From Macrostomum lignano (taxonomy: Eukaryota): a stretch of 60,975 nucleotides of DNA. The notes beneath the pieces are model-generated. The model worked only from the letters and a program-made list of their open reading frames with translations. It did not search any database and was not told the DNA's origin. Each line of letters opens with the position of its first letter. The first letter of the stretch is position 1. Shown piece by piece: positions 25,571-37,170 of the stretch. The position numbers and the translations under genes are program-made. Where the stretch lies: the NCBI GenBank assembly GCA_002269645.1, contig NIVC01001387.1:1-60975 (forward strand). The letters run 5' to 3'.

Positions 25571-27073
25571 AGAAAGCTATGATGAAATATTGTAATTTTT
25601 TAATATAAACTTCTTTTAAAGAGAAGAAAATGCAACGCAAGAAAAAGCGAACAAGAATCATCATGTCTCATTGGGAATTGCTAAGACTGTTAAGACTGCT
25701 AAGACTATTGCTACGAGGATAATGCTGGTATGGCAAACTGCTATGATATATCAACACTCATGGGAGGATTTGTAAGATCTCAAGGCACAGGGGAATTGCT
25801 ATAATTATGTCATTCTGGGGAGAACTGCTTTGATTTCAAGGTTCATTTGTGAAATTGCTGGCATTAATTGTTGAAATGCAAGTGCCAAGATATCAAAAGG
25901 TTAGTCGCTCAATTTTCAGGCTCATGGCGAAATTGCTAACATTTCCAAAGCTCATTGGGGAATTGCTGAAATTCTGCTGCAGGTTAAGGGTTATGGTTTT
26001 GGTTCAATTATAGAGCAATCGTCGTGTCAATCATTAATGATTCATTGAGGAATTGCTAAGATTAAACACTCTTGAGACGAATTACTTAAATGCTTTGGCT
26101 CTACGGTGAATTGCTGACAGGTCAAGGCTTTCGGAGAAATTTAGATTACAAAGCTTATAAGGAAGTTACTTTATTGCTGAGGCTCAAGGCTCATGGTAGA
26201 AATTTTCTACCATCTCATGGTGGAAAATGAGGCTCAACTTATGGGTTAGGGTTGGGGGCTAAGGTGAGTTTTGGTTCAATCATAGAATAACCGCTGTCAA
26301 CCATCAATTAAAGACTTGCTAAGATATCAAAGCTCATGGGGGAATTGCTGAGTTGACAAGGCTCATAAATAAATTGCTGAGTTATCAAGGCCCATAAGGG
26401 GATTGCTGAATTCTTGGGAGAGGAGAGTTGGGTTGTTGGGATGTCAAGGCTAATTACTGTGCTGGGATAATTGCGTAGATGTCGAGGCTCAAGTTTAATT
26501 GCTGCGATGTCAAGGCTTAATTAGGGAACTGCTTAGATGTCAAGGTTTTCTGGGGGAATTGATGAGATGTCAAGTCTTATTGGGAATTGCTGAGATTTCA
26601 AGGCTTATTGGGAGAATTGCTGAGATGTCAAGTCTTACTGGGAATTGCTAAGATTTCAATGCTTACTGAGGGAATTGCTGAGATGTCAAGGCTTTCTGGG
26701 GGAATCTCTGAGATGTCAAGGCTTACTGGGGGAATTGCTGATATGTCAAGGCTTACTGGGAATTGCTGAGATGTCAAGTCCTACTGGGAATTGCTAAGAT
26801 TTCAATGCTTACTGAGGGAATGCTGAGATTTCAAGGCTTACTGGGAGAATGCTGAGATTTAAAGGCTTATTGGGGGAATTGCTGAGATGTTAAGGCTTAC
26901 TGGAGGAATTCCTCAGATGTCAGACTTACGGGAGAATTGCTGATACGTCAAGGCTTATTGGGAGAATTGCTGAGATGTCAAGGCTTACTGGGGGAATTGC
27001 CGATATGTCAAGGCTTACTGGGAATTGCTGAGATGTCAAGTCCTACTGGGAATTGCTAAGATTTCAATGATTA

Positions 27074-28728
27074 CAGTCATGCACAAAAGTAAGTACACCC
27101 CAAGCAAAAATTGAGAAAAACGGTTATAATTTATGAACCGTCAGCTCTATTATAACAAAACTGCATCACAATGATCCTTATTGACTGGCGCTTATTTTGA
27201 CACATCAAGCTTTGAAAAACTCTTTGTGGCTAAGGAGCTGTGGCCAAAAATGCTCAAACACACCTGTGCAAAAGTAAGTACGCCCTGTCTTAATACTTTG
27301 TAGCTCCGCCTCGTGCAGCCACCACAGCCAAGAGCCACTTGCGGTAGCCATTCACCAGCGCAGCGCACCTCTCAGCAGGCACTTTCCGCCACTCTTCGAT
27401 GCAGAATTCGGCCAATTCCCGCAGATTTTTCGGCTTCCTTGCGTGAACCATCTTCTTGAAATCCGTCCACAGCATCTCGATCGGATTCAGGTCAGGGCTC
27501 TGGCTTGGCCACTCCATGACCTTGATGCGCCTCTGCTGCAGCCATCGCCGAGTTGCAGTGCTCGTGTGCTTGGGGTCATTGTCCTGCTGCAGTGTCCAAG
27601 CTCGTCCAAGACCAAGGTCATGCACTGATGACTGCAGGTTTTTGTCAAGGATCTGCTGATACACGGCCGAATTCATCTTCTCGGTGATGTGCATCAGCCT
27701 GCCAGTGCCAGCAGCTGCAAAGCAGACCCACAGCATGATGCTGCCGCCTCCGTGCTTGACTGTCGGCTTCAGGTGTTTCTGCTCAAATAAGGTGTTCGGC
27801 TTGTGCCACACGCACTGTTTCTCATTCCTGCCGAACAGCTCAATCTTGGTTTTATCAGTCCAAAGCACTGACTGCCAGTAGCTGTCCGGCTTGCTCAGCA
27901 TCGCATTAGCGAACTGCAGCCTGGCATCGCGATGTCGCTGCTGCAGCAGAGGCTTTTTTCTTGGAATGCAGCTGCGGAGGCCCACGCAGTTTAGGGCTCG
28001 GCGAACAGTAGTCCTGTGCGGCAATAAGCCAGCTGCATTCACCATCTGCTGCAGCTCACCTGATGTTGCATTCGGGTTTTGGCTGACCTCTTGCGTGAGT
28101 TTGCGCAGCGCGCGAGCTGAAATTTTGCTTAGCCGGCCACTGCAAGGAAGAGATGCTGTGGTGCCATGCTGTTTGTACTTTGCGATGATGTGCCTAACCG
28201 TTGATACATGCACATTGAAGGCAGCAGATATCCGCTTGTAGCCATCGCCACTATCGTGAGCTGCTACAATGCGATTTCTTAACTGAACTGACAGCTCCTG
28301 GCCTCTTGGCATTGTCCTGGCATGTATCAAGTCAATGACAAAGCGGCTGCAGTGCACATGAGCTTTATAGTAGCATGAAAACCAGTAGCTGAGCCGATTG
28401 AGGGCAGGGGCGAGCAGGACTAAAGTTGCTGGTGATGTAACAGGCAGTGAGGCGGCTGGCAATGTACTTATGGTGGCTCGCATCTGCACAGAGGAGGTTA
28501 TACTAGTAGTGAAGGGCAGGGTGTACTTACTTTTGCATATGTGTTTGAGCATTTTTGGCCACAGCTCCTTAGCCACAAAGAGTTTTTCAAAGCTTGATGT
28601 GTCAAAATAAGCGCCAGTCAATAAGGATCATTGTGATGCAGTTTTGTCATAATAGAGCTGACGGTTCATAAATTATAACTGTTTTTCTCAATTTTTGCTT
28701 GGGGTGTACTTACTTTTGTGCATGACTA
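27074..28728 (-). mobile_element. Full-length Tc1 (DD34E) transposon with IR/DR-type TIRs of about 213 bp
   Basis: TA duplication at 27072-73 and 28729-30. TIRs 27074-27287 and 28517-28728 each carry outer and inner copies of CAAAAGTAAGTAC(A/G)CCC. Confidence 0.97.
27290..28312 (-). CDS. Tc1 transposase, 340 aa, uninterrupted
   Basis: MPRGQELS..GR.SK paired/HTH region, WTDKTK, QQDNDPKH, SPDLNPIE; 34 residues between the second D and the E. Confidence 0.93.
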   Translation of the reverse strand: MPRGQELSVQLRNRIVAAHDSGDGYKRISAAFNVHVSTVRHIIAKYKQHGTTASLPCSGRLSKISARALRKLTQEVSQNPNATSGELQQMVNAAGLLPHRTTVRRALNCVGLRSCIPRKKPLLQQRHRDARLQFANAMLSKPDSYWQSVLWTDKTKIELFGRNEKQCVWHKPNTLFEQKHLKPTVKHGGGSIMLWVCFAAAGTGRLMHITEKMNSAVYQQILDKNLQSSVHDLGLGRAWTLQQDNDPKHTSTATRRWLQQRRIKVMEWPSQSPDLNPIEMLWTDFKKMVHARKPKNLRELAEFCIEEWRKVPAERCAALVNGYRKWLLAVVAARGGATKY

Positions 28729-29902
28729 TACTGGGGGAATGCTGAGATTTCAAGGTTTACTGGGAGAATGCTGAGATTTAAAGGCTTACTGGGGGAATTC
28801 TTCAAAAATCAAGGCTTACTGGGGGTATTGCTGAGATGTCAGACTTACGGGGGAATTGCTGATATGTCAAGGCTTATTAGGAGAATTGCTAAGATGTCAA
28901 GGCTTTCTGGGGGAATCTCTGAGATGTCAAGGCTTACTGGGGGAATTGCCAATATGTCAAAGCTTACTGGGAATTGCTGAGATGTCAAGTCCTACTGGGA
29001 ATTGCTAAGATTTCAATGCTTACTAGGGGAATGCTGAGATTTCAAGGCTTACTGGGAGAATGCTGAGATTTAAAGGCTTACTGGGGGAATTCCTCAGAAA
29101 TCAAGGCTTACTGGGGGTATTGCTGAGATGTCAAGGCTTACGGGGGAATTGCTGATATGTCAAGGCTTATTCGAAGAATTGCTGAGATGTGATAGCTTTT
29201 TGGGGTAATTTCTTTGATTTCAACACTCACGGGGAATTGCTTAGATGTCAAGGCTTACTGAGGGAATTCTTGAGATGTCAAGGCTTACTTAAGTCAAGGA
29301 ATTACTAACATTTCAAGGCTTACTGGGGAATTGCTGAGATGTAAAGGCTTACTGGCCTAGGAGAATTGCGTAAATGTCAAGGTTCGAGTTTAATTGCTGC
29401 GATGTCGATGTTTACTGAGTGAATTTCTGAGATGTCAAGGTCTACTGGGGGAATTGCTGAAATATCAAGGCTCATGGGGGATGGCTGAATTGTTGGGGGA
29501 GGGGGTTAGGTTGTTGAGCGATTGTCAGATGGTCAAGTACTTGTAGCTCATTGAATTCAGATAATAATGAAATAGTACACACAAGTGATGCTCAATTCTG
29601 CTGATAGGAAATACCAGCGTATTTATTAAAGGTTTGATGCTTTGAGTTAGGTTAATAAAAAGGGGGTCAACGAGCCTGCAGGCCAGAATATGCCTAGGCC
29701 AATGACAATATGCACTAAGAATTCGTGCTTAAAAAGAAAAGCACTATTTGCTAATTCAAAGGTTTTGGGCTGATGAAGGAAACTTTTTTTGCTTGTGAAA
29801 GTTTGGATTCATGGCAATTTATTTTTGCCAAAAAAATAAATTTCTGATTAATGGAAATGGAAAGTAATGGTTAGTGTTGGGCAAAATTTGGTGTCATTTT
29901 TT

Positions 29903-30200
29903 GGCCCCCTAGCGGGGGGCTAAGTGGCTAGTCCTATATACTAAAAATGGTCTGTCTGTGTGTATGTATGTGTGTGTGATCGATTTTAGCAAAAACGGCT
30001 CAACTGATTTTCTTCGAACCTGCACTGTTCGATCAGAAATTTTTCCGTGACAGTACATGCAACGTGGCTAAGAAATTGCTTGATGTTAAAGGGATTAAAT
30101 ATTCAAAAAACATGCTTTTTTGCAAAGGTCAAGCAGCTCTTTCGACTTGAAATGCATTGTAAGAATGCTAGAGAAAAAACTGACTGGTTAAATTCTGATT
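29903..30200 (+). mobile_element. Helitron-like 3' end (hairpin plus CTAG) fused directly to the 5' TC end of another Helitron-like copy
   Basis: GCCCCCTAGCGGGGGGC hairpin, then TAAGTGG-CTAG (29928-31), then TC-CTATATACTAAAAATGGTCTGTCTGTGTG. AAAGGGATTAAATATTCAAAAAA is shared with the 23-kb copies. Confidence 0.6.
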
Positions 30201-30545
30201 CTGAAATAAATTGCATCATAACTTAATTGTAACTCCAACTTGAATTGTGTCACAGTATTGAAAATGCAGTGTGGAAGCATAGCACCAGACTTGATTTAGA
30301 TTGCGTAACCATATTGTTAACTGATACTGACTGACTGAGAAATTGATTGTGTCATAACTCTATGCTTGGAGTTTTGAAACTGTTGAATTATATATATATA
30401 TAAGTGCTAAAATTCATATTATCAAAACGATGAGAGCTAGCCTAGAAGTGAACAGACTGAACTGCCAAATGCAGGGACCATGGTTCGAATTTTTAGAGAG
30501 TGGAGCTTTTTTAATTAAAGCTTTTTAATGCCAAGAAAACTTAAA

Positions 30546-31600
30546 AATCATAGAAGCATCATGTAAAAATCAGAGAAGCGTCATGTAAACAATCATAGAA
30601 GCGTCATGTAAAAATCAGAGAAGCGTCATGTAAAAAATCATAGAAGCGTCATGTAAACAATCATAGAAGCGTCATGTAAACAATCATAGAAGCGTCATGT
30701 AAACAATCATAGAAGCGTCATGTAAACAATCATAGAAGCATCATGTAAACAATCATAGAAGCATCATGTAAACAATCATAGAAGCATCATGTAAACAATC
30801 ATAGAAGCATCATGTAAAAAATCATAGAAGCGTCATGTAAAAAATCATAGAAGCGTCATGTAAACAATCATAGAAGCGTCATGTAAAAAATCATAGAAGC
30901 GTCATGAAAAAATCATAGAAGCATCATGTAAAAATCATAAAAGCATCATGTAAAAATCATAGAAGCCTCATGTAAACAATCGTAGAAGCGTCATGTAAAC
31001 AATCATAGAAGCGTCATGTAAAAAATCATAGAAGCGTCATGTAAACAATCATAGAAGCGTCATGTAAACAATCATAGAAGCATCATGTAAACAATCATAG
31101 AAGCGTCATGTAAACAATCATAGAAGCATCATGTAAACAATCATAGAAGCATCATGTAAACAATCATAGAAGCGTCATGTAAAAAATCATAGAAGCGTCA
31201 TGAAAAAATCATAGAAGCGTCATGAAAAAATCATAGAAGCATCATGTAAAAATCATAAAAGCATCATGTAAAAATCATAGAAGCGTCATGTAAACAATCA
31301 TAGAAGCGTCATGTAAACAATCACAGAAGCGTCATATAAAAAATCATAGAAGCGTCATGTAAACAATCATAGAAGCGTCATGTAAACAATTATAGAAGCG
31401 TCATGTAAATAATCATAGAAGCGTCATATAAACAATCATAGAAGCATCATGTAAACAAGCATAAAAGCGTCATGTAAACAATCATAGAAGCGTCATGTAA
31501 ACAATTATAAAAGCGTCATGTAAACAATCATAGAAGCGTCATGAAAAAATCATAGAAGTGTCATGTAAACAATCATAGAAGCTTCATATAAAAACTAATG
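30546..31600 (+). repeat. 23-bp satellite AATCATAGAAGCGTCATGTAAAC, about 45 copies
   Basis: Homogeneous tandem array that decays toward 31740; a short related array lies at 32960-33070. Confidence 0.97.
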
Positions 31601-31739
31601 AAAGTGTCATTTAAAAAATTAAGAAGCATCATGGAAGAATAAAAGAAGCGTCATGGAAGAATAAAAGAAACGTCATGTAAAAATCAAAAGAAGTTTCATG
31701 TCAGACATGAAAGGTGTCATATAAAAAATAAATGCAGCT

Positions 31740-33200
31740 ATAATGCTGTGCTGGGGAGAATTACTGAGACGTAAAGGCTCTCAGAGAATAACTGAGATTA
31801 CAGGGGGGGTTTCTGAGATGTCAAAGCAAAGTCAGAAGCTACTTCAAAGTTCATGTACTTTACTCAATTTTTTTATTACATTCTTTGTTGGCTCGCCACG
31901 GGGGGTCGCTGATATAAGCAGAGTCATGTAAAAAATAAAAGTAGCACTATGTATAGATAAAAGAAAAGTCATGTTGAAGTTAAAAAATTCATTTGGGAAT
32001 TGCTACGATGTCAAAGCTTGGAGGGAATCGTTATAGTGCTGTGATTCTTAAAGAAGGAATCACTAAAATGCTAAGGCTTAGGGGAGAAGAATTGCTAAGA
32101 TTTCAAGGCTTTAGGTTGGTTAAAGTTAGGTTTAGGTCAGGTATGGGTTGAGGGTTATATTTTATCGGGTTTCAAGGTTGACAGGGGATTTTTTAGATTA
32201 GAAGGTTTATGGGGGGCATTGCTGACATGTCAAGGCTTACGGGGGGAATAGCTGAGATGTCAAGGCTCACAGAGGTATAAATGAGATTTCAAGGCTAAAG
32301 TCAGAAGCTACATGTAGTTTATTGAAAACTTTTTATTACATTATTTGATGCCTCCTCAGGGGAGGGATTGCTGATAAAAAAAGCATAATGTAAAAAATAA
32401 AAGAAGCTTCATGTCGAAGTTAAGAGATTCATTTGGGAATCCCTACAATGTCAAGGCTTGCAGGGAATCGCTAATGCTGTATAATAGTGCTATAATGACT
32501 TAGAATTACTGAAATTTCAATGCTTTAGGGTTAGGTTAGGGTTAGGGTTGGGCTAGGGTTAGGGTTAGAAGGTTGACAGATTTTTTTAGATTTCAAAGCT
32601 TATTGGGGGTATCGCTGAGATGTCAAGGGGGGAAGTTAATTTGTTAAAGCTTGTGGGGGGAATTACTGACATTTCAAGGCTTACAAGGGACTTCTGAGGT
32701 ATATTGCAAAGAGATACTACATGTAGTTTATTACAAAAATTGTACTGCATTTTTGGCTCCTTAACACTAAGATACTAAGCTAAAAATACTACTAGCGTTT
32801 CACAAAATTATGCAGATGTCAGGCTGTAAGGTTAGTGTTAGGGTTGATATTAGGGTTTAGGTTTAGGGTTAGGTTCAGGGTTATTGCATTAAGATTTAGG
32901 TTAGGGTTAGGGTTAGGGTAGCTTATAACTTAGCTCATGTAGCTTATTAAAAATGTTTATCATGGAAGCATCATGCAAAAATAATGGAAGCGTCATGCAA
33001 AAACAATGGAAGCGTCATGCAAAAACAATGGAAGCGTCATGCCAAAAATCATAGAAGCATTGATCATGCAAAAACTCATGGACAAAATATTGAATTTAGG
33101 GTTTTGGTTAGGGTTAGAGTTAGGGTTAGAAGTTTGACAAGAGATTTTTTAAGATTTCAAGGCTACATGTAGCTTATTTAAATACGTGTATTGCATTTCT
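31740..33200 (+). repeat. Composite repeat (about 3 related units of 450-500 bp) mixing the 28-30 bp motif, the 23-bp motif and degenerate (TTAGGG)n
   Basis: TTAGGG-like runs near 32115-32155, 32526-32568, 32830-32919 and 33098-33129; a shared block GCTACATGTAG(T/C)TTATT.. recurs. Confidence 0.7.
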
Positions 33201-33344
33201 TTGGCTCTCCAACAGGGGGCATAGATTGCTAGTATTAATTAATAATTGATTACAACTACCCTTTTAGGCCAGATATGTAGCCAATAGCTTAGCCATAACT
33301 ATTGTGTGGCATATTTGAAAGCTACATATGGCTAGTTAGTCCAA

Positions 33345-33475
33345 GGACTAAGGGGTCACCACATATACCCTCAATCATCCTAGCTAATGTTGGTACCTAT
33401 TTTACAGCTGGGTGAACTAAAGCAATGCAGAGTTAAGTGTCTTTCTCAAGGATACGAATTGTTCCAATGGGATAT
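33345..33475 (-). mobile_element. SINE central-domain fragment (Meta/Nin-like)
   Basis: Minus strand GTATCCTTGAGAAAGACACTTAACTCT..CACCCAGCTGTAAAATAGGTACC resembles the conserved SINE core GTGTCCTTGAGCAAGACACTTAAC..CACCCAGCTGTAAATGGGTACC (recalled, not searched). Confidence 0.5.
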
Positions 33476-33644
33476 GCTTATTAAATAATTATTTTACAGT
33501 TTCAACTAGTCTTTAGTTCTTACTAAAAATTCTTACTACAGTTTTAAATTGCAAACTTACAAAGAATAGTTTGCAAGACTATAGATTTTACTGGATCGAA
33601 TCATTTAAAATTTTCTAAGCTATTAATCTTAGTCCACCCATTAT

Positions 33645-33940
33645 GTAAATTTATCAAGGGCATTTCTCTAACTACTGCCCATCAATCTTCATATATCAAG
33701 GGCACTTCTCTAACCATTGTCCATCAATCTATATGTATCAAAGGCACTTGAAAATACCTTTTTAACTGTTTCTATCTATCAATCTACATATATCAAAGGT
33801 GCCTTTCTAACTGCTATCTACCAATTTACATGTATCAAGGGCACCTCTCTAATTGCTTCTGCCTATCAATCTATATCTAAGCAACTTTGCTTTATTAATC
33901 AATTTATATGTATCAATTTTTATCTCTCTGCATTTGTCTA
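33645..33940 (+). repeat. Degenerate tandem repeat of about 40 bp
   Basis: Recurrent TATCAAGGGCAC(T/C)TCTCTAA..(C/T)ATCAAT. Confidence 0.6.
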
Positions 33941-34299
33941 TCAATTTTTTGGAATAGGCAACTTTTCCACCTTGTATAGTTCTTCTCACCATCATATAAT
34001 TTGTCAGATCTTTGAAAATTTTCTGTTTTGATAGGCCAAGGCTTATAGCCTAGCCTATATCTGTTTCTTTTCTAATAAGGGCTTTATTTAATATATTTTG
34101 ATTGTAGTCAATATTATAAAATTTAATATATAACAAATTAAATGTGGAACAATATTATAAATAAAAAAATGAGGTAAATAATTAGAAATAAATTTAGTAA
34201 TTTAAGTTTACTGCATTATACCCAGTGTCAAAAGTTGACAAATAACTTTAAGCAATGGAAAAAACATAAAAAATGAAAAGGTGCTATGTAAAATGGCAA

Positions 34300-36900
34300 A
34301 AAGTTAGCTTGAAATAGCAGGTTTAAGCTAGCTGTGGCAAAGCAGAATATGGAGGCTTATCTCCTTGGTGTAAGTGGGAAGCACTGGGGTCCCGCAGTGC
34401 CATGTTATACTCTCCTTTACCTTGGCAGCCAAGGCATTGGAGGTTGTATAGTGTGGCAAGATTAATGGGATGGCTAAGTTGTGCAGTATGCTGGCAAGTT
34501 CATTAGTGGAATTCAAGTCCTTAGGACCTCAATAAGCTTGGCTTCTTGACACTAACAATGTTACTTATTAGCTTTGGGTCCTATGCCTTTATATGTCTTG
34601 ATGCTAATAAAAGCAAAGTCTACTACAACTGTGGCCACCACTGATAAAGGTGGTATGCCATTGGAGTGTTATAGGCATGCCAAATATCATCATTGTATGC
34701 TAACATATGATTGCGCATATTGTTGGCAGTCTTGCTAATATAGATTATGTGGTCACCAATGTTTGTGGCATTATAATCAATTCTTTGGCTTATAAGTATT
34801 TGGACAGTGGTGGCTACCAAGCCAAGACAGATAGTATTGAATTAGGCATGTCTGGCAACATTTGCAAAGCCAGGCCAGGTTGCACAGCAAGAAGCCAGAC
34901 TCCTACTATCTTGTTGGGTATACTCGTAGAAGCTCAGCTCAGTCAACATATTGTACTTAATAGTGTAAAGAAAATGCCAGCTATAGCCTTGGTGTTACAC
35001 CAGATTTGGCATTGGCCTAGTGCATGCTAGTCAAAGTTGGCCATCCAAGAACATAGCTAAGCATACCTAAGGAGCTGAGACTTGACCATGCCTCAGAAAG
35101 TTTGCTTAAGATAGAAGGAGCCGCAATAGATAAGGGCTTGGCTGTCAGTAAGCTTGAAGTATACCTTGGTTACCAGGCTCTTGCAATCTCTATTGCTGTT
35201 TTAGAGAATAGTGGTATCTAGGAAATTGATTTCTATGTTGCTGTAGCTCAGTTGAAGCCAGATACAAGCTATTTAGGTCAAGGGCATCTAGGTATTAATA
35301 GAACTAAACCAGCTCTGCCTTTGTGCTATGCCATACACCAAAGATATTGTCAATATAGCAAAGCCATAGGCTGGGCCGCTGGGCTTTTATAGGCTAATCT
35401 CTAGGCCTCTTTGCTCCTAATAGCCCATGTAGATATTGCTATAGCTTAGCACAAATGACTTCCCTATGACAATGCTTTTCACTTGCAGGAAGTATTTATT
35501 ATCAAACTTAAAGTTTTTGCATTCCAGGTTTAGCTTAAGTAGGCTAAGCAGGCTGGCATCCAGGTACCAACTATCCAGGTACTCCCTGAATTCCCTCCAC
35601 ATGCATTTGATACTAGCCTTTGTTAGGATATTGGTATACAGGCTAGCAATGTCTATGGTGAACAGGAGGGTCTAATTAGAGGCCAGATAGTCAATCCCAC
35701 AGATAGCAGCCTAGAAGTGGTTGGTGTCCCTAATGAAACTCTAAGCAGTTTGATAACAATTGGCTACAAAAAGCTATTGATGAAGTGGCTGCTAGTGTAA
35801 GACTCACTGTCTACATTAGACACAATAGGCCAGTCCAGAGAAATGTTGCTGAGCAACCACAACTTGACAAGCTTATGGATCTTTGACAGGATGTAGAAGT
35901 TCTATGTGCAGAACCATACATGCGCAACCTCCAAAATTCGGTCGGCCGTGCGACTTAGTTTTAACAAAAATGCGACGTAGTTTTTGGCCAAAAATGCGAC
36001 TTACCTGTGAAAGAAACCCTAAAGCAAAAATAACGCAATTGTGGGTAAACGGTAGGAGTAACTATGACTGTCTTATGAGGGCTAAATGCCTCGTCATCTA
36101 ATTAGTATTACATCTGTATTCTTCGGGGTAGGCATTTTTGCGACTTACCTTGGTTGGCTACCAAATTGGTCGGCCGACTCGGCCGACTGTTGCGCATGTA
36201 TGTGCAGAACTTGTTCTTTAGACTGAAGGCATTGAACTAATGTTAATCAATGATCTTATAGTCTAGCAGCAATCGAAAGATGCAATGGATCGTCTGGGCT
36301 ATGAATTGGCCAATTTGGTATGCTCAGAGGCAGGTTAAAATAGTGGGTTTTCTAGCCAATATAGGCATTCATAGATAGTAAATGGTGTTCTAAACCAAAA
36401 TGACCAGCTGGCTGCCCTTATTGGCTAGCTTGATAATGATAGACTTGTCTACCCATAGGTCTTGCAGAGCCTTTGCCTCTACCTTGTTGACATTTGGAAT
36501 ATTCCTATAGTCTTTAACCTTGTCTTTGATATTGTCCAGCTCTTATAACATTGCTTGAGTCTTGGGCCTAAGGTGCTTTAGATCAATGTTGGTTGTTAGG
36601 TGGTAGGGGACAGACAGCCTATCATCTATAACCAATTGATATTTGAAGCCCTGAATTGCTAAGACTGCAAGCTACTAGCCAAAATTGCTAAGATAAAAGC
36701 CATTGACTCTGCTAAGGTGCACTAAGGGACCACCACAAAAGACTGGCCACACCAACAGCCTCTGCTTGTATGGTTTCAGGATATGGCAAAACAGGTTCAT
36801 CACCCTCTATTTGGGAAGCCATTCTTGGCCTGCTTAGTTTTTTTGAAAAGTTGCCCATTGTCTCTATAAGAAGAAGAAGAAGTCTCATATAGAACAAAAA
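34300..36900 (-). mobile_element. Penelope-like retroelement (RT plus GIY-YIG), heavily mutated pseudogene
   Basis: IIIKLANKGSQLVI (consensus IKPADKGS, about 36400). FKFDNKYFLQVKSIVIGKSFVLSYSNIYMG (about 35420-35520). WLCYIDNIFGVW (YIDD). VYFKLTDSQ..KSQLLRY. GIY-YIG YISKT..MRNHM..P.AYH (about 34640-34760). Confidence 0.85.
35915..36202. mobile_element. MITE carrying a 28S rRNA-derived segment, copy 2, inserted in the Penelope-like element
   Basis: Perfect 14-bp TIR CATACATGCGCAAC; perfect 8-bp TSD TGCAGAAC; rRNA-like core at 36043-36106. Confidence 0.92.
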
Positions 36901-36979
36901 GTGTCATGTTAAACATGAAAAAAGCATTATATAAAACAAAATAAATGTCATGTATAATATAAAAAAGTATCATATAAAA

Positions 36980-37170
36980 CAGCAGTTCTCAACCTTTTTT
37001 TCAGGCAACCCAAATTTATTCACTTGCATCATTTTTTAATGTTCATGACCCCTTTTATAATCAATATAATGCATCATTAAGTATGACATACTGATATATT
37101 TTTAGTGCTGCGACCCCCAGAAAATGGTCACACAACCCCATTGGGACAACCCACAGGTTAAGAACCACTG
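36980..37170. mobile_element. hAT-Charlie (MER5-like) MITE
   Basis: TIR CAGCAGTTCTCAACCT / AGGTTAAGAACCACTG; perfect 8-bp TSD ATATAAAA. Confidence 0.88.

Larger units (their letters stand above)
25670..29480 (+). repeat. 28-30 bp satellite (GGGAATTGCTGAGATGTCAAGGCTTACT) with higher-order structure, interrupted by the Tc1
   Basis: Core array at about 26480-27071 and 28731-29480. Related dispersed copies at 31740-32700, 37300-37760, 39240-39450 and about 47960-48040. Confidence 0.9.

Noticed and set aside
28313-28621. N-terminal extension of the Tc1 ORF to 443 aa
   Set aside because: It runs through the TIR and 5' UTR from a non-ATG start; the family-typical 340-aa protein starts at MPRG
32526-33129. 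True telomere or chromosome-fusion site
   Set aside because: The TTAGGG runs are short, degenerate, all in one orientation and embedded in dispersed repeat units
36043-36106. rRNA gene
   Set aside because: Only about 64 nt match 28S, the flanks are MITE sequence, and conserved positions are mutated
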